From Octopus sinensis (taxonomy: Eukaryota), in the NCBI RefSeq assembly GCF_006345805.1, contig NW_021833993.1, positions 1 to 52,023 of the forward strand: 52,023 nucleotides of DNA. Reading direction: 5' to 3'. Every line of letters starts with the position of its first letter. Positions within the stretch are counted from its first letter, which is position 1. Shown in pieces: positions 1-12,599 of this stretch. A program made the translations under genes and the position numbers. The notes below the pieces were generated by a model. It was not told the origin of the DNA and searched no databases. It worked only from the letters and a program-made list of their open reading frames with translations.

Positions 1-1080
1 CTCTCTCTCTCATCTCTCAATATCTCTCATCTCTCATACCATTCTCTCTTATCCCTTCATCCCTCTCTCTCTCTCTCACCTTATTCTCACTCTCGTTCTC
101 ACACTATCTCTCTCCTATCTCCCTCACATATATTAGCTCTCTCCCCCCTCTCTCTCATTCTTTCTCTTTCCCCTCTTTCTTTCTCTCCCTCTCACACACA
201 CATACTCACACACACATACACGCACACACACATATACACACATATATGCGCACACACATATATACACACACTGATACACTTACACACACATACATGCACA
301 CACAGATACTCACACACACATACACTTACACACACATATATACACACACACAGATACTCACACACACATACACTTACACACCCATACATGCGCGCACACA
401 TATATACACACACACATATACATGCGCACACACATACACTTACACACACATACATGCGCGCACACATATATACACACACATATACATGCGCACACACATA
501 CACTTACACACACATACATGCACGCACACATATACACACACATATACATGCGCACACACACATATACACACACAGATACTCACACACACATATACACTTA
601 CACACACATATATACACACACAGATACTCACACACATATACACTTACACATACATATACACACACAGATACTCACACACATATACACTTACACACACATA
701 TATACACACACAGATACTCACTCACACATATACACTTACACACACATACTCACACACATATACATGTGCACACATATATACACACACATACACTTACACA
801 TACATATATACACACAGATACTCACACACACATATACACACACAGATACTCACACACACATATACACTTACATACACATACATGCGCACACACATATATA
901 CACACACCACAGAGATACTCACTCACACATATACACTTACACACACATACATGTGCACACATATATACACACACACACAGATACTCACTCACACATATAC
1001 ACTTACACACACATACATGCGCACACACATATATACACACACAAGCACACTCTCTGACACACACACACACACACACACAC
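1..1080. repeat. (CT)n tract (1-192) then CA/TA-rich compound minisatellite
   Basis: Direct reading. Recurrent CACACATATACACTTA and CAGATACTCA subunits. Confidence 0.95.
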
Positions 1081-1339
1081 ATTCCATCCAGCCATAACTC
1101 CAACCATTCACATGACAATGGGCTGACATTTCAAACAGAAACACAAATAGGAACTGGTCTATAGGTGGACATGGCGACGATGGTGGCGATCGTGGGGATG
1201 GAGATGGTGGTGGTGGCGGTGGTGGTGGTGGGGTTGTGGGGGGGTTGCTATTTATTGTTTTATTTATCTCTTTATTAACAAGAGAAAAATACCAACAAAA
1301 AATAAAAAACAAAATAAACTCTCATATGCACTCAAGGAC

Positions 1340-1347
1340 AATATATA

Positions 1348-1399
<52 letters not shown>

Positions 1400-1696
1400 G
1401 TGTGTGTGTGTGTGTGTGTGTGTTTATATATATGTGTATATATATGTGTGTGTATATACATGTGTGTGTATATATATATATATATATGAATAGACATATA
1501 TATATATATATATATTTATATGTATATAGATATATATATGTACATATATATATATAAATATATATGTACATATATATATATATATAAATATATTATATAT
1601 ATATATACACTACATATATATATATAAAACACACAATACATGCTGTATATATGCCCAGGCATACACATTTTTCATACATAGATACATACATATATA

Positions 1697-1731
<35 letters not shown>

Positions 1732-1780
1732 GTTATATAATATATATATATATGTTATATATATATATATGTATATATGC
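1340..1780. repeat. (TA)n/(TG)n microsatellites
   Basis: Direct reading. Confidence 0.9.
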
Positions 1781-3137
1781 ATACATGCTCAGTGACATGC
1801 ACATTGTATACACTGCATCTCCATAATGCGCACGTACACACACGTGCCTGGCATTCAAGGATACGCCACTAATGAGACTTTGATTAATGTTATGCCCTTT
1901 GGTAAATTTAAGTCCCACTGCGTGGCACCTTGAGCAGGTGTCTTCTATTTTAGCCCTGGGCCAACCAAATCCTTGTTAGTGGATTTGGTAGATGGAAACT
2001 GAAAGAAGCTCATTGTGTGTGTGTGTGTGTGTGTGTGTGCATGTATGTGTATGTGTGTGTATGTATGTGTGCGTGTGTGTTTGTCCATCAAGCGACACTG
2101 CAGGGCAATTGGTGTTGGTGTGTTTACATCCCCATAACTTAGCAATTTGACAAAACTGGCTGATAAAATTAGTACCAGGCTTTAAAGATAGACTAAGTTC
2201 TGGGGTCAATTCATTTAACTAAAATTTCAAAGCAGTGCTCCAGCATGGCTGCAGTTACATGACTGAAACAAGTAAAAGAGTAAAAGAAACCGTGTATTGA
2301 GTTCTACTTCTCCTGTTTGTCCTACCAAATGCTGCCTAGTGGTTAGGGTACTTGACTCTCAGTCATAAGGGCATGGGTTCAATTCTTGGTGACACACTGT
2401 GTCCTTGAGCAAGACACTTTATTTTACACTGCTCCAGTCCACTCAGCAGGCAAAAATGTGTCATACCTGTAATTCAAAACGTCACAATGTGAGTCACGTT
2501 GAACACTAGCATGACAGGGCGGGGGTCCACCCCATGCTCACTTTTCATCCAGTTGTAGGCTATTCTTTTCTAGTCAAGGCACAACGCCCGAAATTCTGGT
2601 GGTGGGGGAACAGTCAATTAGATCGACGTCAGTACGCAACTGGTACTTAATTTATCAACCCCCGAAAGAATGAAAGGCAAAGTCAACCCTTGGCGGAATT
2701 TGAACTCAGAACATAACGGCAGACAAAATACCTATTTCTTTACTACTACACACAAGGGGCTAAACACAGAGAGGACAAACAAGGACAGACAAACGGATTA
2801 AATCGATTACATCAACCCCAGTGTGTAACTGGTACTTATTTAATCGCCCCCGAAAGGATGAAAGGCAAAGTCGACCTCGGCGGAATTTGAACTCAGAACG
2901 TAACGGCAGATGAAATACTGCTAAGTATTTCACCCTTCGCACTAAGGCTATTGCTGTAAACAATGTGTTTTTTGTGGGGTCCGAGGGTGACAAACAGAAG
3001 GGTCACCCCAAACGGCACACACTCTAGTTCCGCTCGTGACTTTGAATCTCTCTGAGAACTATGTTAACGATTCGCATGTCTGTGGAGCACTCAGCCGCTT
3101 GCATGTTAATTTAACAAGTAGGCTGTTCCATTGATCA

Positions 3138-3299
3138 CAGGCGTGGTCTAAGGAACTTTTCGAAGAGAGGGCAAAAGGCCACAAGGGAATACAATTCCGG
3201 GAGAAAAGGGCACAAGATCATTATTTAGAAGGGTGCACTTCTTTTCTTGAGGGAGCACATGCCCCCTCAGGCCACCCACTCCCCTTGGGTCCACACCTG
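3138..3299. mobile_element. Small TIR-bounded MITE, superfamily uncertain
   Basis: CAGGCGTGGTCTAAGG...CCTTGGGTCCACACCTG imperfect TIRs. No clear TSD. Confidence 0.45.
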
Positions 3300-3374
3300 G
3301 CACGGATCAACTGGAATCTTCGTCATTGTAACAGACAAAGTGCCAATTATATATATATATGTATATATATATAT

Positions 3375-3787
3375 ATACTCCTTTACTTGTTTCAGTCATT
3401 TGAGTGTGGCTATGCTGGAGCATCGCCTTTAGTTGAGCAAATCGACCCCAGGACTTATTCTTTGTAAGCCTAGTACTTATTTTATCAGTCTCTTTTGCCG
3501 AACTGCTAAGTTACGAGGAAGTAAACACACCAGCATCGGTTGTCAAGCGATGTTGGGGGACAAACACAGACACACACATATACTCTTTTTTACTCTTTTA
3601 CTTGTTTCAGTCATTTGACTGCGGCCATACTGGAGCACCGCCTTTAGTCGAGCAACTCGACCCCGGGACTTATTCTTTTGTAAGCCCAGTACTTATTCTA
3701 TCGGTCTCTTTTTGCCGAACCGCTAAGTGACAGGGACGTAAACACACCAGCATTGGTTGTCAAGCAATGCTAGGGGAACAAACACAG

Positions 3788-3820
<33 letters not shown>

Positions 3821-3982
3821 CGACAGGCTTCTTTCAGTTTCCGTCTACCAAATCCACTCACAAGGCATTGGTCGGCCCGGGGCTATAGCAGAAGACACTT
3901 GCCCAAGATGCCACGCAGTGGGACTGAACCCAGAACCATGTGGTTGGTTAGCAAGCTACTTACCACACAGCCACTCCTGCGT
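3375..3982 (-). mobile_element. SINE family A: full copy plus tandem 3' half
   Basis: Reverse complement of 20080-20508. The 3' half is duplicated at 3375-3590. Confidence 0.85.
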
Positions 3983-4350
3983 ATGATTATATTAAAATAA
4001 CAGCTCGGCAAACTCAGCGGACAGACACCAGTCGCCATTTTCAATCGTTGATGAACAGAAACTGTAAACAATGAGCCTGTTCAGCTGGGTCCCAGGGTCA
4101 GTTCTGACTACACTGCCTCGTTAGAGCGCTCTCTCGTATAGTGCTCAACCAACCTACGGCTTTTTGGACAAGTGTAGTTTATGGTAACTAACCAACCTAT
4201 TACAGCATATTAGCAGCTTGTATCGGTACATTCGGTGACTGACCAGTTCGTGTCAGTCAGAACAATCACAATAAACATTATAGTTACCGGTTACTTTTAA
4301 ACATTTACAGACGGGGTTTCTTGAAAAGACCCGTGCTGTCTGGGGATCTT

Positions 4351-4351
<1 letters not shown>

Positions 4352-4383
<32 letters not shown>

Positions 4384-4625
4384 TGTGTACAGTGCTCAGG
4401 TGCACTACAACTCATCTAAAGTGTATATATAATCAGGTGTAGTTTCGGCGGATTTCGGAAAGCATGAGGGCCTTAAAGGATGCAGTGTCATGGCAGTCAA
4501 CAACTGACGCAGGCAGTTTATTCCATGCTTCAGCAACTCTGAGCGTGAAAAAATGTTTCCGAAAGTCATGGGAGCTGTGTTGTTTTCTGACTTTGTAGGC
4601 ATGTCCACGTGTGTTAGACACATGG
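4352..4625 (-). mobile_element. CR1 LINE 3' fragment (same family as 14890-15393)
   Basis: Near-identical reverse complement: TRGHAYKVRKQHSSHDFRKHFFTLRVAEAWNKLP, with a (TTA)n tail. Confidence 0.88.
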
Positions 4626-4749
4626 ACGATCTTATACAGAATGGGATAACACAAGACGATCTTATACAGAATGGGATAACACAAGACGATCTTATACAGA
4701 ATGGGATAACACAAGACGAACTTATACAAAATGGGATAACACAGGACAA
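4626..4749. repeat. 30-bp tandem repeat x4
   Basis: GACGATCTTATACAGAATGGGATAACACAA. Confidence 0.95.
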
Positions 4750-4965
4750 ACAAAAAACAAAAATGTTATACGAGTTCGTATGATATCATTTAAAAATTTA
4801 CTAAAATATATTTTATGCACGATTAATTTAACCTTAGACTAGAACTTTTTTTTTTAAACACATAAGAAAACGAATAAAAAGATTAAAAGATCCGCTAGCA
4901 TCACTTACCTGTCCTTCTTCCCTAAACCGGAATAAAATACATGTATTCCTCTAGTTTAGATTTAA

Positions 4966-5184
4966 CCCTTTAGTGTTCGGATTATTCTGCCAAAATTAAT
5001 CCTTTTTTATCCATATTGTTTTGAACTAATCATGCATTATCTTGTTGCTATGAGATTTTGATGAGGTAGCTGTTAATTTTTTAAAAGATATTGTAGGGTT
5101 GGTGTGAGAGACCAGATCTGGCCAGTTTGAACATAAAAAGCTGAATACTTTTGGCCGGATATGGCCAGTTTAAATGCTAAAGGG
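4966..5184. mobile_element. piggyBac-like MITE (TTAA target duplication)
   Basis: TTAA|CCCTTTAG...CTAAAGGG|TTAA. Confidence 0.8.
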
Positions 5185-5344
5185 TTAAATATTGTTTCCA
5201 TTTCAGTTATTCTCTCTTCTTCAATTTTACGCCTAACCAGTTTATAGTTTTTCTTTGGAAATTTTCCCCTAAGTTCTTTTACATGGTCTTCAGAAATTAC
5301 TGCGGACATTAACCCCGCCTTGTCCCAGCTGTCATACCATTCTA

Positions 5345-5485
5345 TAAGGTTGTCCCAAAAGTTCGTAGAAAGTCTTGGAAAATAATGGTCTTTATTTTGA
5401 GGAATAATTTTTGTTGTTTTTGTTAGTACTTGGCGAGTAAAAATTCAATTTTCGCAAGTGTTTACGAACTTTTGGGACAACCTAA
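5345..5485. mobile_element. mariner-like MITE (TA target duplication)
   Basis: TIRs AGGTTGTCCCAAAAGTTCGTA / TACGAACTTTTGGGACAACCT, with TA on both sides. Confidence 0.85.
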
Positions 5486-5864
5486 TACTTTCCCCCAGTC
5501 TTTCATTATTTCTTGTACTTCTGCTGTGTTGATACGGTGTAACCGAGAAGATGGTAAGAGTTTGAAGTTTAAAAGAAGACTTATTAAGGAGTACACACAA
5601 GACAAACTGTGCAATGAGAAGATGCACTGCACACTGGCCGATTCTAGAGAAGCTTGAAGCAGACATGGTCTGTGAGCAGCGCCAAAATGGATACGTTGTT
5701 CCAAGACCAATAGTCTCGTGAAGCAAGACAAAATTTACAAATTAAAGAAAAAATACGAGCAGTGTACTTCATAACAACATTTCTTAATATATTGCAATAT
5801 AATATTATACATACGGTAAGTAAATCTGTAAAGCATTTCAATAAATGGTGCTATTATGGAAACA

Positions 5865-5940
5865 CTTGACACCATTTTGGTTCCTGCAAAATAACCGACG
5901 TCTAAGTGACGTCACGACGGTGGTGCTTACATCCGCCAGG
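5865..5940. promoter_or_regulatory. Possible promoter-like patch (CRE palindrome, YY1-like motif)
   Basis: GTGACGTCAC at 5906-5915, a second GACGTC at 5897-5902, CCATTTT at 5872-5878 and locally high CpG. No transcript evidence. Confidence 0.25.
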
Positions 5941-5963
5941 TACGTTTGATGTGTATTATATTA

Positions 5964-6964
5964 CTAGCAGTATCGCCCGGCGTTGCTCGGGTTTGTAAGG
6001 GAAATAACTATATAAGCATTTTTAGTGAGTTATAGCAAAAAAAATGCATTAAAAATGGGAAAAAAAATTATGGTAATTTTTTTTTTAAATCGTTGACTCT
6101 TCGTAGACATTTTTAGAGAGTTACTTCCCTTATATAATAGCGAAAAAATGCACTAAAATGGAAAAAATGATGGTAATTTTTTTTTTAAATCGTAGGCTCA
6201 TCGTAGACGCGCGCTAATACCCAGAAGGGCTCGATATGAATCACGACTATAAGATACCCGGTTTTGGTTAAACTGCACCGCAAAATGTGGGAGTAGTTAG
6301 GAATCTAAATCGAAGGGGACAGACACTCACACAACTACAGTTTTATATATAAAGATTTGTGAAACAACTAAAACATTCGGTTGTGCAAATTGTTTGCACA
6401 GGAAACCTGCCCTGTGTGGCGGTTTTTGCCGTTTTTGTGGATCTGTTTCAGCTTTATTAGCCATTTCTGTTTTGGCGACTTCAAGCCATGAAGTCGTTGT
6501 TCTAAAAGAACGCTGGTCTCCTTGACAACGCTTTACGACGTTGATTTCCCTACCCTGCCTTCCCCACAGATTCACGAGGGAGGGAAGAAGGGGAGGAGCT
6601 ACACAGGTGCAGGTGCGAGCATGAACGCCAACGCCGCCACCGACACACGAAAAAATTGGAAGAACCCAGACGACAGCTTCAGCCACCACCACCACCACTA
6701 CCACCATGACCACCACCACCACCATCACGAAGACCACCACGACCACCACCACCATCATCACCTCGACCACCACCACCACCACCATCATCACCACCACCAC
6801 CACCACCAACAACAACAACAATAACAACACCACCACCACCACCACAAACACGACGAACCACCATCGCCACCACCATCACGAAGACCACCACGACCACCAC
6901 CACGACCACCATCATCACCACCTCCACCACCACCACCAACAATAACAACACCACCACCATCATC

Positions 6965-6995
<31 letters not shown>

Positions 6996-7922
6996 CCACC
7001 ACCACCACCACCACAAACACGACGACCACCATCGCCACCACCACGACCACCACCACCACCACCATCATCACCACCACCACCACCACCATCACCCCCCCAC
7101 CACCACCACCACAACAACACCAACACCACCACCATCATCACCACCCCCACCACCACCACCAACAACAACAATAACACCACCACCACCACCACAAACACGA
7201 CGACCACCATCGCCACCACCACCACCACCACCATCATCACCCCCCCCCACCACGACGACCAGCACCACCGCCACCACCGCCTCCACCACCACCATACTAT
7301 GCCTCTGGTCTCTCCTTTTGGCTACTAAATCCATTACCATATTTCACAAGTACCATCGCCATACAATATTGCCTTCAAAAGTTCGTGTTTGGATAATATG
7401 ATTTAAGTAAAAGTTGTGCAACAACTAAAACATTCGGTTGTGCAAATTCTTTGCACAGGAAACCTTCCCTGTGTGGCGTGTTTCCTGATTTTGTAGAATT
7501 TGCTTTCGGGCTTTCTTAGCCATTTCTGTTTTGGTGTCTTCAAGCCATGAAGTCGTTGTTCTAAAAGAACGCTGGTCTCCTTGACAACGCTTTACGACGT
7601 TGATTTCCTTACACTCCCTTCCCCACAGCTTCACGAGGGAGGGAAGAAGGGGGAGAAGCAACACAGGTGCAGGTGTGAGCATGGACGCCAACTCCGCCGC
7701 CAATTTAAAAAATATGCGTTAAAATGGAAAAAAATGATGTTAAATTATTTTTAAAATCGTAGACTCATCGTAGACGCGCGCTAATAGCCAGACGGGCTCG
7801 ATATGAATCACGACTATAAGATACCCGAATTTGGTTAAACTGCACCGCAAAATGTGGGAGTAGTTAGGAATCTAAATCGAAGGGCACAGACACTCACACA
7901 ACTACAGTTTTATATATAGAGA
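5964..7922 (-). mobile_element. Composite non-autonomous Helitron
   Basis: Minus-strand 3' end is a CCCGAGCAACGCCGGG hairpin then CTAG|T at 5964. A|TC..TATATATAAAA 5' ends occur at 6355 and 7922. Internal blocks are duplicated. Confidence 0.75.
6683..7293. repeat. (CAC/AAC/CAT)n compound trinucleotide repeat
   Basis: Direct reading. Lies inside the Helitron composite. Confidence 0.95.
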
Positions 7923-8015
7923 TATATTAGGTAATCTACAATGTTTGGCCAGTTTTTGAAAAGAACTGGATAAATTTTAAATAATCAAGACTGCTGAATT
8001 ATTGCATATGAAGTC

Positions 8016-8449
8016 GGATCTTTTCGGTTTGAATGGCAGTTTTTTAACATAATTTCCACGTAACTAAAAAATTTTTAACTTCGTATACTGGTAGAATAAA
8101 ACATCTTTTTCTCTTGGATTTATTGAGAAAATTCTATAGTTTGTAAGATATTTGTTGTTGTTTTTTCTTCAATTTCTGCAATTTCAACCAATCACTGACG
8201 TCTGTTGAGGTAAAAAAAAACATTCTGTGCCGTATGAATACATCCCTCGTTTAAGAAACAGATTGGGTTTATTTACATTGGCGAAGAAAAAAGATACTCT
8301 TCCCCCCCCCCACCCCTATCCCTAACCCTAATTAACCCTTACCCTAAAACAGATTGAAATGCAATAGATCGATACTAGGGTTATAATTGTGGGTGACAAT
8401 TTCATATGACACCGCTAGAAAAAAACTGCCGTTCAAACCGAAAAGTTCC
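8016..8449. mobile_element. ~430-bp TIR element with internal CCCTAA repeats (unclassified)
   Basis: TIR GGATCTTTTCGGTTTGAAYGGCAGTTTTTT. Other copies at 19302-19708, 28534-28972 and 48362-48600. Confidence 0.8.
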
Positions 8450-8683
8450 TAAATTTTAAACAACTAAGACTGCAGAATTATTGCATACAAAGTCTACTGA
8501 TTGAAACACAAGAAAAGCAGAGGCTTCGGGAACCTCATCGCGGCTTCGGCGCTCGAACTATTTTTCACGAAAACTTGGGGTAATCTTATACTGCAAGTGT
8601 AGATGAGAACCCACTTTTTAAATGAAATCCTGGGGTTGTCTTGTATACCCAGTCGTATGTTACGCCAGCATATACAATATATA

Positions 8684-8774
<91 letters not shown>

Positions 8775-8775
<1 letters not shown>

Positions 8776-9150
8776 ACTCTTTTACTTGTTTCAGTCATTT
8801 GACTGCGGCCATGCTGGAGCACCGCCTTTAGTCGAGCAACTCGACCCTGGGACTTATTCTTTTCTAAGCCCAGTACTTATTCTATCGGTCTCTTTTGCCG
8901 AACCGCCAAGTAACGGGGACATAGATACACCAGCATTGGTTGTCACGCAATGCTAGGGGGACAAACACAGACACACAACATACATATATATATACGACAG
9001 GCTTCTTTCAATTTCCGTCTACCAAATCCACTCAAAAGGCTTTGGTCGGCCGGGGCTATAGCAGAAGACGCTTGCCAAGATGCCACGCAGTGGGACTGAA
9101 CCCGGAACCATGTGGTTGGTTAGCAAGCTACTTACCACACAACCACTCCT
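8775..9150 (-). mobile_element. SINE family A
   Basis: Colinear with 3590-3982. Confidence 0.85.
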
Positions 9151-9202
<52 letters not shown>

Positions 9203-9499
9203 TATATAATATAATATATATTATATATATATTAAATGTGTGGTGTGTGTATGTATGTATAATATATACGTCTGTCTATCTTTCTATCTATCTCTTGAGC
9301 ATAACCTATGAACCCGGAAAATTTAAAACAGAGGGTTACCTACTTGCAAACAAATGTGGTAACATGTGACATTATTGACCAAGGTTACCGTGGTCTTTTC
9401 CGTAGGCTTTTCTTTCCACGGATAAACCTTATCTGCTTCTCCTTTACACTTTACATCATGACACTGTGATACACGATCCCTATTGATCGTTATTGAACG

Positions 9500-9935
9500 T
9501 AACGACATACGAAATACCTATTTCTTTACTACCCACAAGGGGCTAAACACAGAGGGGACAAACAAGGACAGACATAGGTATTAAGTCGATTACATCAACC
9601 CCAGTGCATAACTGATACTTTATTTATCGACCCCGAAAGTATGAAAGGCAAAGTCGACCTCGGCGGAATTTGAACTCAGAACGTAACGGCAGACGAAACA
9701 CCTATTTCTTTACTACCCACAAGGGGCTAAACACAGAGGGGACAAACAAGGACAGACATAGGTATTAAGTCGATTACATCAACCCCAGTGCATAACTGGT
9801 ACTTTATTTATCGACCCCGAAAGTATGAAAGGCAAAGTCGACCTCGGCGGAATTTGAACTCAGAACGTAACGACAGACGAAATACGGCTACGCATTTCGC
9901 CCGGCATGCTAAAGATTCTGCCAGCTCGCCGCCTT
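9500..9935 (-). mobile_element. SINE family B, head plus tandemly repeated ~180-bp body
   Basis: Head GGCGAGCTGGCAGAA..GAGTTCAAATTCC and body CTTTCATCCTTTCGGGGTCGATAAA..AAGTACCAG. Also near 2570-2945, 17617-17842, 20694-20910(+), 21283-21655, 24280-24617, 26548-26783, 29050-29228, 35990-36215 and 49098-49640(+). Confidence 0.85.
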
Positions 9936-9964
9936 ACATCGGCGTAAATAAATATATTTGGGGG

Positions 9965-10300
9965 TAATTGGTTAAAAAAGTTCCACGACTCCTGAAATAT
10001 GCAGTGACGTCCAGTTCGGGGGGTTAGTATAGCTCTTGATCTCAACCCTTCCAGGATCTTCCATATGTACATCACCGCATACCTCTCTTGTCTTCGCTCC
10101 AGTGAGTGGAGTCATAACTCTTTCGGTCTCTTTCAGTAGCACAACTATTCCATTGAGGCAATCTTCCTGATGTAGCACCACCGAACTGCTTCAAGTCCCG
10201 CTATTAATGTGACACCGTGGGGTGACCACAGTTGAGAACAGTAGTCCAGACAGCTGAGTACAAATGCCCTCCATAGTTTTGTAGCATATCTGATATCCTC
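9965..10300 (-). mobile_element. Degenerate CR1/L2-group LINE ORF2 fragment
   Basis: Minus strand gives LSRLDYCSQLWSP...SLERR...YIWKILEGL, with stops and frameshifts. Confidence 0.7.
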
Positions 10301-10719
10301 ACTGTTTGAGAGAAACAATAAGAATGATCTCGTTTGAGATTACAACCATCTTTGGCTAGTTTGACTGCTGAGATGAACAGCTGCTAAGCCTGTCAACGAG
10401 TACCCACCACCGAGGGTCCAATACGGATGGAAACCACGTCGTCTGTTGGTCCTGATGCCAGGGTAGCAGACGTTATCTCCCGCTTGCAAAAAAATGTCAA
10501 TAAACCAGCTGGAGAAAATGTCTGCCAGGAGTTAAACGGCAGTATCGTCGTCTCTTAGAGAACATCCACATTAAAGTGACCATAAGCAATACTTATACGT
10601 GTGTGTGTGTGTGAATATTTTACATAGGTGAATTCCGCTGAGGTCGACTTTGCCTTTCATCCTTTCAGGATCGATAAAATAAGCACCAGATGAATACTGT
10701 ATTTGATGTATACGACTTA

Positions 10720-11232
10720 CCGTAAATCCTCGAGTATAGTCCGCCCTTGAGTATAATACACAGGGGATTTTTAGGGGGTTGTACCTCTGGAAAACCTAAA
10801 GCTTGTGTATAATACGCACCCCTTCTCTAACTTGAGTCAAGGAGGTCTATATAACATCCTTGGTTTGTAAAAATGTATACAGTAACGTCCTTTATTATTA
10901 TTGTATATATAACATAATGCAAACGTGTAGCTTTTTTGTGCATTTTGTTTGCAGAAAATAAAGAAATAACAGTAATAACGTTTAATAAATGTTGCTTACT
11001 GCAAGTTATGGATGATTCTTTTATGACTTCATTGCTTTCAGGCTTAGCTTAAGGGATTTTCGTGCCCGACATCACAAAATGCGTCTGAATAAACTTGCCG
11101 GACAGCAAATAGAAACTCGGACATTGCTTAGAAAATAATTTTCATTTTTAACCTCGTATATAGTACGCACTAGGGATTTTGACCTTTAAATTTTGGGGGA
11201 AAAACATGCAGATTAAACTCGAGGATTTACGG
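10720..11232. mobile_element. Tc1/mariner-superfamily (Tc2/pogo-like) MITE nested in a SINE
   Basis: TA|CCGTAAATCCTCGAGT...ACTCGAGGATTTACGG|TA. Confidence 0.82.
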
Positions 11233-11550
11233 TACTCATCTCCCGAAATTGTTGGTTTAGTGATACTAATAATCTGGTGTTAGAACACAGTATAAACATG
11301 CCTCAGAATAAAGCATTAATTGTGTACGGAGCAATAAAAAGAGATTATATAAATGAAAAAACGAACAAGAAAATATTCAGTTAACTTCATTAGCTTACAG
11401 CTGTTTCGGTGCCACGAGGAGTGGAAAATGAGAAAAGTCAAATGGGAGAGAGAGAGCAGAGTTTTACTTACACTAAGCCAAAAGAAAATTTTTTTTTTGT
11501 AAATTGTTGTTGCTGATACCTGCATGCAAGATTATGTGAGGTTCATATGT

Positions 11551-12295
11551 GAAGAAGAAGAAGAAGAAGAAGAAGAAGAAGAAGAAGAAGAAGAAGAAGG
11601 AAAATAAGAGGAGAAGAAAGAGGAGGTGGAGGAGGAAAATAATAATAAGAAGAAAACGAAGGAGGAGGAGGAGGAAACGAAGAAGAAGAAGAAGAAAAGA
11701 AGAAGAAGAAGAAGAAGAAGAAGAAGGAAAAGAAGAAGAAAACGGAGGAGGAGGAGGAGGAAAATAATAAGAAGAAGAAAACGGAGGAGAGGAGGAGGAG
11801 AGAAAACGAAAAAGAAAAGAAGAAGAAGAAGAAGAAGAAGAAGGAAAAGAAGAAGAAGAAGAAGAAGAAGAAAGAAAGAAGAAGGAAAAGAAGAAGAAAA
11901 AGAAGGAGGAGGAGAAAATAATAATAAGAAGAAAACGGAGGAGGAGGAGGAGGAAACGAAGAAGAAGAAGAAGAAGGAAAAGAAGAAGAAAAAGAAGGAA
12001 AAGAAGAAGAAGGAAAGAAGAAGAAGAGGAAAAGAAGAAGAAAAAGAAGGAGGTGGAAGAGGAAAATAATAATAAGAAGAAAACAGAGGAGAGGAGGAAA
12101 CGAAGAAGAAGAAGAAGAAGAAGAAGAAGAAGAAGAAGGAAAAGAAGAAGAAGAAGAAGGAAAAGAAGAAGAAAAGAAGAAGGAGGAGAAGAAGAAGGAG
12201 AAGAAGAAGGAAAAGAAGAAGAAAAAGAAGGAGGAGGAGGAGAAGAAGAACAAGAACAACAACAACACCAACAAGAAGACGAAGAAGAAGAAGAG
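11551..12295. repeat. (GAA/GGA)n polypurine tract
   Basis: Direct reading. Confidence 0.95.
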
Positions 12296-12599
12296 GTTAG
12301 AGAGAGTGTGTGAGAAGGAAAAAAAGAAAGAGTAATGGAACGAGGAGAATGGAGCAAAGGTGAGAGTGAGATGAAAGGAAAAGATGAGGTGGGAAGGGAG
12401 TTGGAGGAAGCGAAAGGGTTTAAGGAATCAAGAGCGACTTACGACCGCCAGCCGAAGTCCTTGAGCTGGTTTATTAAGTGCTGGCATTTGGCACGTCCAT
12501 AGTTCTAACATTAACATGGCCGGATTGCCTTTGATCCTAAATCTGCTCAATCAGGATTCATTTGATGTTGAACCACGACGACGACGACGGCGATAACAA

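Noticed and set aside
192-1164. Long His/Thr/Tyr and Val/Cys ORFs
   Set aside because: Translations of CA/TA repeats that are open in several frames.
3985-4075. Minus-strand AAAATGGCG start (MATGVCPLSLPSC) after a TTTACAG acceptor
   Set aside because: Runs into a SINE after about 19 codons with no donor and no recognisable homology.
6327-7340. His-rich and Val-rich ORFs
   Set aside because: (CAC)n repeat inside a Helitron composite.
8310-8348. Telomere or interstitial telomeric repeat
   Set aside because: Only a few CCCTAA units, always internal to the TIR element.
11390-11420. Minus-strand GAAACAGCTGTAAG (3' half of the hammerhead seen at 45063)
   Set aside because: No CUGANGA partner found upstream, so it is truncated.
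11473-12357. Poly-S/F/K/R ORFs
   Set aside because: GAA/GGA microsatellite.
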